Below, one piece after another: positions 37,203 to 52,500 of a stretch of 64,000 nucleotides of DNA. The stretch comes from Ophelia neglecta (Eukaryota), in contig OZ260661.1 in the NCBI GenBank assembly GCA_965285935.1, forward strand, positions 61,752,001 to 61,816,000, given 5' to 3'. Under the pieces are notes generated by a model. It saw nothing but the letters and a program-made list of their open reading frames with translations, was not told the DNA's origin and made no database searches. The first letter of the stretch is position 1; every line of letters starts with the position of its first letter. Both the position numbers and the translations under genes were made by a program.

Positions 37203-40200
37203 CTGTTGTTTATACATGTATATATGCTATATATCTATACCTTGGATTTGATCCATAATACCTAAATATATTTCTGAACCAAATGAGTTTTTGTTATTCT
37301 TCCCTGATTGATGACAGGACTACCCGCTGTGAACACATTTAGCTGTTTATATCAACTTATCAAGAAAAGATAAAACGCCAATGTGTGGCAAAACAATGTC
37401 AAATGTTGAAAACAATATAGAAAAGTTTATTACATATAAAAAGGTATATTATGATTCTACGTCTATAGTTTGTCTTTATAAATTGATTTGAATTACAAGT
37501 ATAGCAATTCTGTAAGAAAAATGACAATATAGGACACCGACTATGTAAGGGTCGGTGCTTATTTGCACTTGTATGAAGGCGTCGGTCTCATGTTGAAAAA
37601 TTTTGGCCTTTTGTTGCAAAAATATGTTTTGTATTTATACTAATAATGCAAAATAGAGGCCCTGGTTTCAATAATCAACCCAGATGTAAGAATAAAAGCC
37701 ACAGGGGAAGGTAAAGTGTGATGCATAAAAGGCAACCATTTGTTTACATTTGTGAATGTCTGTCACAAGTTGTTATAATGTGAATTGTGAAAGTAACAAT
37801 TAATATGTTACAATTTGGCATAATTACACTTGGATAATATATCACAACGTTCCTACTACTAAAATTGCATAGGTAATAAACTGAGCGTTAAAGATGATTT
37901 ACATTGAACAGGTGAGCGATATTGAGAAGTTTCCTCAATCAAATGTGTGCTACGGGAAACAATACCCAGAGCCACCAGCCAACTTGTCCACTGGTGTCCA
38001 GTCGGAAGGACAAGCGTTGGACACCTGTCAAACGTTAAAAAGACATCAACTTACGATTAAATTGAGCTTGATGTGATCCCTCTCATAATCTCATTTCGTT
38101 AGCAGTGTACAACAGAAATCAACAATGCAATTCCATGTTAATGCATAGTTTACAACAGTTGTGTTTCCCTCCAACCACAAATTCGAATCGATCAACATTG
38201 CGGACGGTTTTAATCACGTGGGCGGAAGCCCATTTTTGGTGAAACCACGATGTCACTACTTGTAAGTAGTGGACATGAACATTTGCAGGTAAAATTCTTT
38301 ATGCAGTAGCGACATCTGGTGCCGCTTTTATTCTCCAGTAGAGGTCGTCTTGTTTAAAACCTGAATTATTCTAGTCATTCGCTAGAAGGCAGCACAAATT
38401 TGAATTCAGTCCAAGGAAACCCAAATATGACAATATAGGCTAATGTTGTCATATCAGGGTTTAGGAAACATATATTACAACAATGATAGGTACAGCTCAA
38501 ACTCAGCTAGTATAGAAATTACCAGAAGGCCTCACGACCAATACATGGAATCTTTATCAGAAAAAAGTCTGTTGTCAAAAGTCTGGAAATTAATTATTTT
38601 ATTGAGCATCTACATCTATTCATCCGGATAGTACCACTCAATACCTATACACTATGGAAAAAGATCAAGTACAACAAATCTCAAATCAAACACATGTTGT
38701 CAGCCATACATTTTTTTAAAAACATGTTCACCCTGTGATTATAAGCAGAATGATGTTTGTTACTTTTTACCCTTCTACACAGACCCGTATTATTAACTTT
38801 CCGTGTTTCATCATGTTAACAAAAAAATGGGTCACATTTTCTGAGCATGTTTCAGATCAGTGAGCTTCATATATGAAGAAATATTAAGAAATTCCCTATC
38901 ATCTATGATTTCAATGGATAACAGAGATTCATTAAAAGCTGTTTTAAATACACTCAAAGGATTAAAATTTGGGCTGTGGAAGAAAAATATACAAACTATT
39001 TTAGCTGGATGACATATCTAAAAACATAATTTGATGTCATAATTCTATTAAATATCAATTTTCCAGAAAATTAGGAAATAAAATGAATATTCTACTTCCT
39101 GTAAAGAAAAACACAAAACAATGCAAATGGGATATAATGTCATGGAAATGCACCTCCCAGCTGTTATGTTCTATAGAGATACAGCCGGGTGTTAGCGAAT
39201 GGTGTTAACATTGTTCCAAGGCCTGATGAAATTGAGTTTGCCTGTCACCAGTTATGCACAGGCTAGTGAACAATGGCTCACTTGATTGTCATATCAACCT
39301 ACTTTAATAATTCTTGCCATTAAAAATTTTGTATTTGCACCAATATTTAATTATCATTTAGGCACATACAGTAGTTCAGCATGAAAGTGCTCATTAATAG
39401 AGAGATAATGTAAAACAAAAAATATTTGGCATACTCTTTATTTTCTCAAGCAGCACTTGCTTTTCCAGTAATCATGAAAATAACATGCACAAAATTTTTA
39501 ATGTTGCGCATTCCACGAAAAATTTCACGCCAGGAAAATTTCATGTTTACATTATATTGTTAGGAACAAAAATAAAATTCAAATCTACATGCACCAAAAT
39601 TAAGCATGATATTGAAGAAGAAAACTATCTGCACCTTAAAAAACAAAAAGAATCCACATATTGCGGGGGAAGGGGGGGGGGGCAGTAAAAACAGATTGAT
39701 GCCATACCCCTAGCCAGAAACCAAGCATAGGAGACACCTTAAATTGGTATTTTAGTTTGCATTTTGAATGTTAAAGGGGACATATATAAAATGCGGGGCA
39801 ATCTGATTTTAAATCGATGGAGGATGGGAGGCAGCAGGTCTCTGATAGAGGGGAGGGTTCACAGAATTGATTTGGTCTTAGACGGGAGGGGAGAACAAAA
39901 AGTTCACTGAAAAGCAAGGATCTGTGGCCCCATAGCAAATGACCAGCCCTTTATTTCAGACTCCCAGGACCAGTCACAGGGTTGAAGGTTTAGGGCCAGG
40001 TGGTATCAACACTCATACATGTTATCTCACTTTCTCATGCACATTCTATGTAGGATTTTTTATTAGGCTGACGAAATGAAAAAACAACAATTCTGATTAG
40101 TATAACAGTAAAATACACAGTTTGGGAAGGCAAGCCTAAATATTTGACCAGTCATCCAATAATTTTTTGTCAACCACCTCTAGATTCTGGCCACCAGTCA

Positions 40201-40460
40201 ATTCAGACTTTTAATATGAAGAATATACTGTACACTTTCAATGTAAAATACGATAAAACATGAAAAATTCATGTGAACTTTTTTTCGCAATGTTAGTGAT
40301 GACTTGAAATAGCAATAATAAAGTGATGCAAAAATTAATTGCATCATTATCATCTAATTAATGACTCCATCCAGTAACTCCAAAATAACATGCTACAAAA
40401 ATTGAATATTGGCTGTTCCTTGAAAATTTGGTGCAGAAAATATTTCATGTTTTAAAGTTA

Positions 40461-40511
40461 CCTCTCTAACAGACCACCTGCATTATCAGGCCAGTATTTT
40501 CCAGTCCCTTG
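40461..40511. mobile_element. internal fragment of the CAGTGAAACC MITE family
   Basis: CAGACCACCTGCATTATCAGGCCAGTATTTTCCAGTCCCTT aligns to 18617-18658. Confidence 0.55.
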
Positions 40512-43500
40512 CTGCACATTTCACACAGCAGACCTTACTTCTAGGACTGGGCCTACTTCTCTGTTGCAGTCCAAATTTGCCAACAGCAAACTGAATGAAA
40601 AAAAAAACACATATATACTGGTTTATACAAATATTGGAGTACTAGTAATAATCATAGACAAATGTTCATTAAATTCAAAAGCTGTACAATAATTGTGCAT
40701 AAACATTAGCTACTCAAATCCCTAAATTATGTTACATTGATACATAGTGGCATATGAGCCTGAATCTAGGTTGGGTATTTTTGTTTTGTTTTATGATGTG
40801 TAATAAAATTAATGAATTCTTGTTACATATTACTATTTTTTAAATACATGCAGGTACAAGTACAGAATCTATTGTACATCCATGTTTAAGAGGTTACTCA
40901 AGCTTGTGGACAGCAGAACCTGATAAATGCCTCCATATTGGATCTTTGAATTGTTTGTCCATGAACAGACTTCCATCGTGTTCCATATAGGTAATATTCT
41001 AAATTATAGATTTCAAAGCAATTAATTCACCTCAAAAGTTTATATGTGAATCATGCCTGAGATGTTGTCTTGGTTGATTATGCTTTTTTCATTCTTTCCC
41101 TAAAGACCTACAGTTGTACACTGTTTTTCAAATTTAACTGTACACAAAATCAGTGCAGTAAATACTTAAAAGAATAGAAATGGAAAAAGTATAACACATT
41201 CCATGCTATATGCTTGCAAAATGAACTTAAACGGATGTTGCACACCTTTAAAGGAAAATAAATATTGTTATGTAATACTATTCCACACAGCAGAACTGCC
41301 ATAATTTAGGCCTCACTCATTATATCAATATCAAATCTTTTGGTCAAAAGGTTGATTAATTTAATGTGTTTGATGAAGAAGTGGAAGCATTGTAAAATTA
41401 ATTGCCAAATTCATCAATATAATGAGCACATGGGACACCAATGATCCACAGACTGTGAGGAGTATTAGCTTTCAGGCCGACACCACCTGCCACTAGTTTA
41501 ACACTAGCTAGCAAAAGTTCCCTTGGGTCTCAAATATAAAGACAATTAACAAATTATAAAGTTTTTAATATTGTGCTATGCTGGTGAGTGGCAAGAATAA
41601 GGTGATCAACCACTATTGAAATTTAGTTCATAAACCGGCATTCTTCTTTAGACATGTTTAAAAAGCTGATAATTCACATGACATTCATTATTCAGTGAGT
41701 AGCATCTATAGTCTACACCTTTAAAATCCTGTTAGAGACTTCTCTGAAAGGCGATAAACCTTTATTTGGTTAGACTAGACTAAACTGTGCATAGAAGCCA
41801 ACAAACTGTAGAAAAAGGAATCATTGCCAACAATTCCATCCTGGAATGGGGATCATAGAAACAACAGCATGTGTGCATGTAGAACAAGCTTTTTATATTC
41901 TAGAGCGCCAGGGCATGTGGTTGTTCAAGAAAATATCTTTCCATTCATTGGCAGGTTTCTGTGCATTTTGTATTTTTCTTCATGTACATTTACATACTGA
42001 TCAATAAATTTTCTAGGAAGACACTGACAGATTTGTCAGGCTATAATATATGAATATGAAATGAAACCCAAATTCAATTATAAAAAATCGGTGCTAAGAG
42101 CACATTTATATTAGATATAGTGGCAATTTTTACCATCAACAGGTACAGACACTTTTTTGGTATGCACAAGATGTGGTTTCCTCTGTAAGATTGATGGATA
42201 ACTATATCATTAGAGGGATCACAGGTAGTTAATGTGATATTATTACATTAGGCTGCTCAATAAAAGCTCAGCTTGCACATTAATTGTGAAATTCATCATC
42301 AGTAATGACTACCTGTCGAGGTTCTTACCTAAACCGAAACCTGATCGCAGGTAACCTTTAAGCAGTAAAAGACTGAGAATCTAAGCAGAGAATGGTTGGG
42401 AAAAAGAATGACCTCAATGTGATAATACACTGGAGTGGTTAACAGCCAAGGGTGGAAAGGTCCTGTGTTATATTAGAAAAAAGTCTGTTGTCTTTGTGTA
42501 TCTTATTTCCAAAATAGAAATCTATAACAAGGATAACATAGAGCTTATCCTGGGATGTTAAACACTTTTTGTTATAATTTGACACCATGACAGTGGTGAT
42601 ATTAACAATCCTAACACTACCTTTACATTGATGCCCCACCCTCCACACTCCAATACATGTCCTGACAGCCCCCTATTGTTTCAAGCAGAATCTGATATCT
42701 CTGGTAATAAGATATGTTAAAGGTATAGGAAAAGAGATCACCGAATTTTTGAAAACAAGAATAATAAATTCTTCAAGAAAGGGGTTATCTGAGAATGACA
42801 TAGGCCACTTTGGATGGGTTAACTCCCAGCTCAATTTATTGATTGAACAAACAGACTCTGCAAACAATTTTGACAAGTTACTGTCCAGAAAAAGGGTTGG
42901 CCGATTTGTTATATTAAGGCATCAAAACGGATGAATTTGCTTTTCCATTTTCTATACCTGGCATATCATTTTCCCTTGCATGCAAGCTCAATTTCCTTCT
43001 ACATCACCTATGTTCTACATCAATTCGGTACTGTCATGATTTGTAGCATTTCCATCGATCTGGCTGACCATTTCCCAATTTCATTCCCATGGAAATGGGC
43101 ACTGAGAAATAACAGGCGTTACACCTTTAAGACTCAGGCGTCTCATTAACATAACATATTCATAGTTTTACGAGCAATGTACGAGCACTTCTAATTCCTG
43201 TGACACTTTTCCTGATTACCCAAGCATTGCCATGGCTGTTCATTTTGGAGTATTCCACCAACTCTTCAGCAGTGGCAAACAGCAACTGCCATTTAAGGTA
43301 TTTACTGCATCAATAGGCACTATCTGAGATCCATACTTTATTGGCGTACCGGCACTTCATGCCGCTGCCTACTCATAATTGATTGTTTGCGAAGATAGTC
43401 GTAGGAATTGTGGCGTATTAACCGCGCAGGTTCGACCATTAAGGCAGCCATTCGGAGCCTCCCTCCCCCGTGGGAGGCGCATGCCATTTATTAACGTGCT

Positions 43501-46500
43501 AGAAAATAATATGAATACACCAGCGCATCCATGACATGAGAAATCATACCAATATTGCCATGTATTAGCCACCTAAATGGAAGAAATCAAATTGAAGAGT
43601 TTTGGTCCAGTGCTTCTTGGAATAGAAGATGCAAATATTGTGAAACCACAAGAGACCTCTCCAAGTGTTGTCATAAATTAAGGCAATAATCCAGAAAATG
43701 GCCAGCTCCCAAGAAATAAATTGTTGTTTGGATCAAACTTGTTCATGTGTATAATTTATTAAAAGTTCATATATACATGTATATATATATAATGGTAACA
43801 AAAATAGCAAAACCAGGCATTGCTATAGACATACATATATGTCTATTCAATTGTTTACATACATGCCTAACACTAATATAAGCAAGAGAAAGCAGCTACA
43901 GGAAGTGATCAGGAGACCTTTGGAATTTTCTCATTTTACAGCTAGGTATATAAGTGACACATTATCTGACATCTCATGCATATTCATAGCATTATTGGTC
44001 TGTCAGATTTTCTGATTTACCTTCTGATAGATTGAGACAGGCTCGAGCAATCATAGCGATAAAGATCATAATTAACTGAATAACTAAAAGGCCATTGAAC
44101 AGAATGGGATGATTGTGCAAGGCAGACATCGGTGCTCTTACTGGCCTCAGTCTGATCAAGATCTGGTTGTCTAAGATGAGGAAGAAGAAGCTTGAAATTA
44201 TGGGTCATAAAATGAATACTCTTTTTTCTCTGTCTTTGGTCATGTTATGATACTAAAAAGTAAACACATAAATGAAGACATACTGATACCTTTTTGGGGA
44301 GGGGGGGGGGGTTGGGGAGGGGGGGGGGGTAGTGTATATATGTACAGCCATTGTTCAATATTGAATTTGTATTTATAATACATCTATGGTAGAACTGGGC
44401 GTATTGCCATTATGAATGCATTAACACACGGATAGGTACGTGTACATATTGATTATGTAATTAACTTAGGTACAGTACAAAGAATTTAGCCTTTGGCTAA
44501 AACTACAGATATTTAATTTCACATTAAACATTTTCTCAATATTATTTTTGTAATTGACTTTCCTGACTTTGTTTCTTTTTTTTACCAGGCTAAAGTTAAT
44601 ATCTGTATTTAGCCCAATTGCTTGCTGGTTGGTACATAGCAAAAGATTACCTATAACAGAGAACCCGCACAAGTACTCCTGTTACCCCTGTGTCTAATAA
44701 CGCTAATAACATTAGTTAGATGATAAATGTACATCTACATTTACATGTATACATGTGCATATATTATTTTTTATTTGTTGGTATAAATTGCTGACCTCTA
44801 CAGTGGTATACTAGGGTTATATGTAGCATGAACAACATAAGGGACACACAGCACTTTTTTAAGTCAGTACCTTTTACATGGGACCTTTTATAAATCCATA
44901 TATTCGACACAGTTTAATTTTTTCCCATACAATGTCATGCACAGACACATGTTTTTGGCTTTTTTCAATGGACCTTAGTACATCCTGCTTAATGTCACCA
45001 GTTTTGCAGGACTTAATTATTATGCTGCCAATAAATAGTGTGCTGTTGACATATATGTACTCAGTAAAGGAATAATGTTTAAGGCCACCCTTGTGCCAGT
45101 AAGGCTTGACTTTTAACATACAGACTTTTATATACTAGTGAATTACCTGCAATAAAGTACATATTGTATATACAAATTATATTAATATAAGGTGTTACAG
45201 CAATAGCCAATAGTAAACAATTTAATTGCTACTAAATGGAGCTGAAATGTTCTAACTGTCAGTGGCTTATTTGCCATCTGTCTTGTGCGGAGCTGAACTC
45301 CACAGCAGTGACCAATATGAGGTGCATGTAGCTACCAACCTCTAAATTGATTACTATTCAATATCAAATTCACAGAAGTAAGGGTAGGTATTTGCCAAGC
45401 CATTGTACACCCCTACCAGCAGCAATAAATCAATGTGAGATGAGTATTCATTGCAATGAAATTGTGTCTTAATTGAGTGGTCCAAGTTTACCTACAGGCT
45501 TACCAATGGAATATTAGTGCATTTCAAAGGCATTAGCTCATTCGAGAGGGTTTTCCATGAATGGCTGATGAAGGGTTTTAATGGCAACTTCCCAGAAACA
45601 AAACAGGACAAACAAAGCAGAAAATGTTATTTAGTCACAGACTCATCCCTCACTAGTGATGGAGTACTTAACCAGATATTTAGCCTGAGTGTCTCACTGA
45701 ACAGAAATGTAACATGGTTTCAGACAAATTGCCCAATGAGCAATTATACCTGTTTATTACTTGCAAAATGTAAACCACCAACAGAAACTTTTAGGCATAC
45801 ATGTTCATATAGAATAATTGGTATAAAATCTTCAATTTATTAAAATGAAGTAATTACAGAAAATTATGAATATACATACCTGTACCTGTACAGGTATATA
45901 CCATTTATATGTTGTTAGGAAATATAAAAGAAAACTGAGTTTCGTAAGCATAAATATTAGGTAAAAATAGTGCACTGCCTAAGAAGGATGTGTTGGGAAC
46001 ATGAAACTAGATATGAGGTTGATACGAGATACATTGAAAAGATAAATGAGATAGGATTGGCCAGGGACAGGTTTAATATACAAGTACATGTATGCAAGGG
46101 ATGATGGTAACAACCTTACTGAAAATTTCTACTTTACCCTAACCCTACCCCAAACCTAACCTTGAAAGCTAGGTTTTTTATCTACCTGGTATTTTGTATT
46201 GTGGCCTTACATCTCGAATAAAGGTCTTTCAATATGTTACGAGCCTAACAAGGCTTTAAATGATATCAAGAAGGATGTATCTCAACAGATAGGCCTACCC
46301 TTTCACTTGTTGATGTTATGTCAACAATAAAACAACAATAAAAACATCAACAACAACAACAAAAATGACAGACTATAATGTAAACTAAGAAGAAATTTCT
46401 TTTGGAATGAGATTTTTTCTTATGTAGCCCTACTTTCCAAGCAAGACCACTCCCTAGCTTTACCGGTGCCCAGGGACAATATTTCATGTTTACAACATAC

Positions 46501-49500
46501 TACTTGACAGAAGCCAAATATCACATTTTTGAGAAAAAAAAAATCATTACAAATGTTCATTAAAACCAGCAATTTCTGTTTCCTCCAACCAGTGAGTTCT
46601 TAACATGCTGCACAATTGCTATTTTGTTGCAGAAAGTTGTTCAAACTGCCGTTTGATTAAAAACAGATTTACTAAGCAAAGCGACAAAGGCTTTACCACC
46701 CTCTCCCCTTTCATTATAAGAAAGAATTGTAAATTTACCGAACCCCAACACCCCCCACCCCCTCCCCAGCCCTCTCAACAATGAAAGTTGACAAAAGGTC
46801 ATTTTGTTTAACATTTTAAGGGACTAGGTTCTTATTGAATGGCATTAGCTGGAAAGGGGGGGGGGGTGCTTCTCAGATAGGGAGTCATGAAAAATAGATT
46901 CCATTTCCCAAAACTGGTACCCGAGCCTCGCTATCCCTCCACCAGAAATGTACATGATCAAATACATGCACATAAGAATAGAGATCAAAGTAAAAAATGG
47001 CAAAGATACAAATATCTTATTTAATAAACTGCATAAAAGTAGATGGTCTCCTCTTCATAATCTAGGACTCCAGTGCAATATACAATGTATACGATTAAGG
47101 TTTACAATTAAAGCTAAGCATGACCTAATTTTAGATAATTGTGGCAATACCATTGAAGCAAGTTTTGTGACTCCCCATTTTTCAATGAATACCCCTTTTA
47201 CGATGAATCAATGTCCATAGAGTCACCACTGTCAATAGATATAATCTCCCTCCAAGCTCTCTGATGACATCTTCTATTCTTTATCTTTTTTTTATGAAAG
47301 TAGTGTATCTGATTTCCTTCAAAACAGCCAATGACTTTGGGTTTTTCAGGCAGAGGAATACAGACTATGAATACCAGTAAAAGAATGGTTCCATATCACC
47401 CTTTCCATACTAAACATCAGGTAAACAAATTATTGTGGATTTTTGCATCATTAGCAATAATGTGGCACATAAAACGAGAGAGGGAGTAATAAAGTGGGAC
47501 AGGATTGTGCTGAACAACATTAGGATGGCATTGTATCCATTTATCTGGAAATGTGTCCATCTAAAATACCTGAGTAGTGGGGCTCACACCTACATTAAGC
47601 CATCTTAATTATGGCCCGTGCCTCAGTTGTAAAGGTCTACGGTGCACAATTAGCATCCTAAATGGGATTCTTCTACTTCCACTTAAATTGCTCGCATGGC
47701 AACCCACGCTTTCATTTTGTGACCTCAGTACCTAAGGTTTACATGATAAATTATACCTGCCCCTCAATACACAATGGAAAAGGCCACACAATAACAGCGC
47801 CAAAAGATATTATGGAAATATCATGCAAATGAATCAGCAGGCCACCCAATGCAATTACATTGGAGACTTTATCAGTTTATGACTTTTCACGGGGAAGAAG
47901 CGCAGTATGATTTAGCTGTCTCCGGGGACGTCTTCCAACTACAGTCGCCATAATAAAGGTAGTACTCATCTGAGACTAGCCATAAAATTGAATATCATTC
48001 AAATAATACAGTTTTCGTATTATCTGTGCAAATATTGCAAATCAAGTTAGCAGTTCGCCTTCCTTTGGCAATTTGCACACAAACCTGGATGGGTCTAAAT
48101 AAAGTTAGTTTAATGCTGGCGCCCCTGAATGCCATCATCTGAATGGGGGAAAATTAAAGACGATCAGGTACCCAGCACAAATAGACATTAATTGTGAAAA
48201 CCTGGACCACCGAGCACAATTAGTCCTGGTCCAAATCAAATTTAGATGAATACTTTTTAACCGAATTATTATGTGCGACCAGGTTTACAGCGATGAATAC
48301 AGCAAATTGCCCCCACTTCAATATCGATGATGAAAACCAAAAAAGAGTTGGGTCCCCTGCAGCCTCGGCTGGTTGAATTGGTTTGTATTGATCTGCCATC
48401 TCAAGGTGGATAGCAGTGGAGACAGAGCGGCGTGTTTCACATCCCACGGCCCGCGCTCAGATGCACCAACAATCATACGGCCACAATCTCCCTTCCCAGG
48501 GGAATGCTTTTATAAATATATTTGTCTCGCCTGACATTACATTCTCGGTGCACTTTAAACAGTTTTTGTCGCCGTTGATACATCCGATCTTGGTTAGTGG
48601 AAACATTTGCGACGACTTGGAGCTTCTCCGGCTGCCTAGCTGCATCAGTCCTCCTGTCCCATTCCCACATCAGCAACTCTTACAGGTTGAGACTAGCAAC
48701 TATGATGGATCTTAACAGGGTGGGTTTCCCATAAATGTGTTTATACATCCTTGTCTGGGAGGGATGTAGTACAAATCGACCAGTCAACAAAAATCCTAAT
48801 CTTTATTTGACCAATTAAACAAATTTAAATAGAATTTCCAACTCTGATCTAATGCAAATCGATAAAAGACCAAAAGTTACTTGCTTGGTGTAAACGTATC
48901 ATTGTTCTAACAGACATTGCAATCTCTTTGTCTGTATTGTCTACAGATAATGAGACAGATATTATATTTTCAGCCACTAAAATTATACACTGAACATAAA
49001 AGTCATATAACAGCTTCCAATATATGAGGATACAATGCTATTTATCAGTTTTTCTAACCAATTGCCCACCCAGCATTTGGCAGTGGTGCAGTTCATGCTA
49101 TAATTACCTAGATGAATACCTAGGCCAGTCCATGGACAAAACCTCAGCAGTGTGCGCATTAAAGTGATGGACATTCACTTCAATGGAAACAATAATTACA
49201 ATTTACATCCCAGATTATGCACTTAAGGTGTGGCTGGGGAGCCTTTGTTGATCACTTGAGCATGAATTCAGGCCCATTCACTGACTCTTCTGATCTGGTG
49301 AGTTTTAAACAAAACCCTTTGGCAATCCTCTCCAAATCTGTCCATATCTATAAAATGAAAGTTGTACAACCTAAGGCAACAGAAAAGATGGGCACATTCG
49401 AACAAATGCAATTAGGTCCGAAAAGGTAACCATGCATTTGGAGCTGAATACGTCAAATTCACCATAGTAATAATATCTGTGATAACACTGCCTCCCTTTG

Positions 49501-52500
49501 ACAAATATTATTCTTTTCCATCAGAGGTAACTTAATGTGATTACCTGCTCATAGCTCTGGGCTTGGATGGAAATACGCTCCACCATGGCACAGACCACAA
49601 GGGAAAGAATATCAATACAATCATACCCAGACATCACCTTGAGGTTTATGCGCATATATTCCCCTACGCAAGGTAATATTCTAATACAGTCATTTGAGTT
49701 CTGATGGTGGGTGATATTATTGAAATGCACAAAATTACTCGGGATACACCATTTTGGTTGTTCCCTATGGTGCAATTGGGAACCAAATAAAATTTGTGCA
49801 TGAGTGAGCCAATGTTATCAAAATGGAAATGCAAAAGGAGGAAAGATAAACTTTATGGCATACATAAACCAATGATGAGGACAGGGCAAAATACAGGGCC
49901 GCAGAACACAATATACCCGTTATACAGTTTTTCCCATTTTTAAACAAAAATTACTTGGTTATAAAAAGAAATGCATAAAGCTATTCCATGAGAGTACCAA
50001 TAAATGTATTCCACAGGGAAAATTTAATGTCATCATATGAAATTAATAAGATAATTGTATAAAACTAGCTTTATGCTAGATTGTACCTAATTCAACCAAT
50101 ATTTTACATCCTTGAGCACATCATAAAACCGTGAAAGGCTGCGCAAAAAAATGACAAGGATTCTTGATTCCTTTCAGAAAAAAGGAGAAATTGGACATAC
50201 ATGTATTTGAAATTGTGTGATGGTAAATAGCCAATAAAACAAGAATTTAAGGGCTTGGCTACCTGCTGTCATGTACATGTATCGTTTACTCTTTTAAAGA
50301 TAATTTTTTGGTCTAGGTGGTTTCTTGTCACCAAAAAACCACAATAATTAATGCCTTTACTATTACCTTAAATCAAAAGGTTTACTATGCATAAAAAGAT
50401 ACAATCCAGAGGTATTTAATTCTCATTAAAACACTAGCCGTGTTAAAAGCAGTAAAGATCACTATAGAAAATAGGTTAGAAATGAGTGTATTAGTATATT
50501 AGTGTGATTTTGATTTTTAAGCTTTCCATGTACAGCCCTCTGCCAGCAGAATACTCAGACATGATCCAAATAGAGATGCAGAAAGACTTATAGAGCAACA
50601 AGATGATACTTATGTGAGTATAATAGAAGCTGTCACAGTAAAAGTCAAGGTAAAATGCCTGCCAAGACCATCATTCTCTAATAGGGAAGGCAGCAGGGGC
50701 ATTTTTCTGGTCCCACTTTCCTTACAAACATCCCACCTAGAAGACATAACTGCTGACGAAACAATTCCCAGCACACCATTATGCTTCATCAGGCATGCTG
50801 ATGTGGTAACCAGGCTTGCCCTAACTGAGCTAAACATTGTGTGACCACCTATAATAAAATTCCATTTGATAATTTGGTAATTTACGTTATTATCACTTTT
50901 CAGGTTTGGTTAGATCCTCTTCTGAGCCATAATTGCTCCTTTTTGTATGGACACATGCAACAAAGACAGCAATAACGCTCAGGTGTCAGCCTTTGCGTGC
51001 TACATCAAAAACGATGCAGACTGCTCAAATTAACTCATAATTTGACATCAAATATCACAGCCTTTTTAACCCATAATGCAATTTACCTGCATGTCTTGCT
51101 TGGTTCTGGCAAGCCACGAGCGACCAGTCGAAGAATGATTGATCTGAAGTGTACCTCTCTACTAAAACAATCAACACTCTAACAGGGGACTACTGATGGA
51201 AAATTATATCAGAAGTGTACCTTCCAAAGCAATTACTCTTCTCTGCTACCTTATTATGACTAATGCGAGAATTGCATGCCGTGACTTGTTATGGATCATT
51301 TTATAAGGTGGAATTCATCATAAGCTTGTCAGTTTTTTAATAAAAGCTGACTAGAAGTGGCCTGTCTGATTCACCTGCTGTGGAAGCTGGTGCATGTCTA
51401 AGTATGGAGATGAGAATTCTCAGAATTAATTTTGATATGCAATACCTGATGTCTAAATATAATGATACATGGGGGAAGATGTAGCAGCATCTTCATAAAT
51501 GTGTCGCTGTTAAACCGGCCCCAAGGGCAAAACAAATTTGTGCTTTAGATTATTTCTTAAGTGTATAACAGATGGGGGATAGTTCATTTATACCCATTAT
51601 AGTAGATGTAACATCATACTTTGACTGAATGTAGCATTTGATAAAGGCAAATTTGGTTCAACATGGCCAAATATACATTCTGCCATCGAAGAAGGACCCT
51701 CTGGAAAAATATTCAAATTTCAGTTGTAAAAAAAGTGAGAACCATTCCAAATCAAAATGCTGCACAAAGAAACCATTGCAGTGGGACAGTGAGAATACAA
51801 AGACTTTAGAAAGCTCCATGCACAGATGACTGTTGTTTGAACAAGAAATTGCAATAAATTAAAACTCCTTTTAATATTAATAGTTGCTTTGACCTTTGAG
51901 GTCAAGCTGAATAAAAGATGGTGGTGTTACCTTGACCCTCCATGCGCAGAATACAATGCAAGTCAAAATGTGAAAAAATGCAAATATAGTGCATGTGTGG
52001 AAAGCGCACTGATTAGTTTTAGTTGATTGATGACTTGATTTTATTTCACAAGGTGTAGCTCACTGACAAAAGAACCTGTCTGATATCATCAAGTGGAGGT
52101 GATAATATTAAATACACCAAACACAATATCGCTGCGGGGTCGTCAGCAACCAAAATTGGGAGTCCGCCAGTTTTGATCACATTTTATGATAAATTGTTTG
52201 TTGTCACATTGACAGGTAAGCCTTTGTAAGGCACACTTTTACTGTTTGTTCTATTGTCAAAAGGTGTGCATTATTATTGTTCCACCCAATAGGAGAAATT
52301 CTGTGATTTTACGCCACATGAGCAACAATAATGCGGTCAGTAGAATTTGTAAGAGGACCTGTGAGAAGGTGGTCTGCATTGGATTAGAGGTCCATCTGGT
52401 CCAAAACCAATGATCTCCTCCTTTGTTCTGAAAACCTGAGCTGCTCCAGAATGGGAAATTTAAAGAACATGCTTTTTCCATTTTCCTTGATGAGTTAATC

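Noticed and set aside
38190-38350. CACGTG/GGCGGAAG promoter-like patch as the RGS12 TSS
   Set aside because: Plausible, but I found no clear minus-strand donor and it could be transposon-derived; not enough support.
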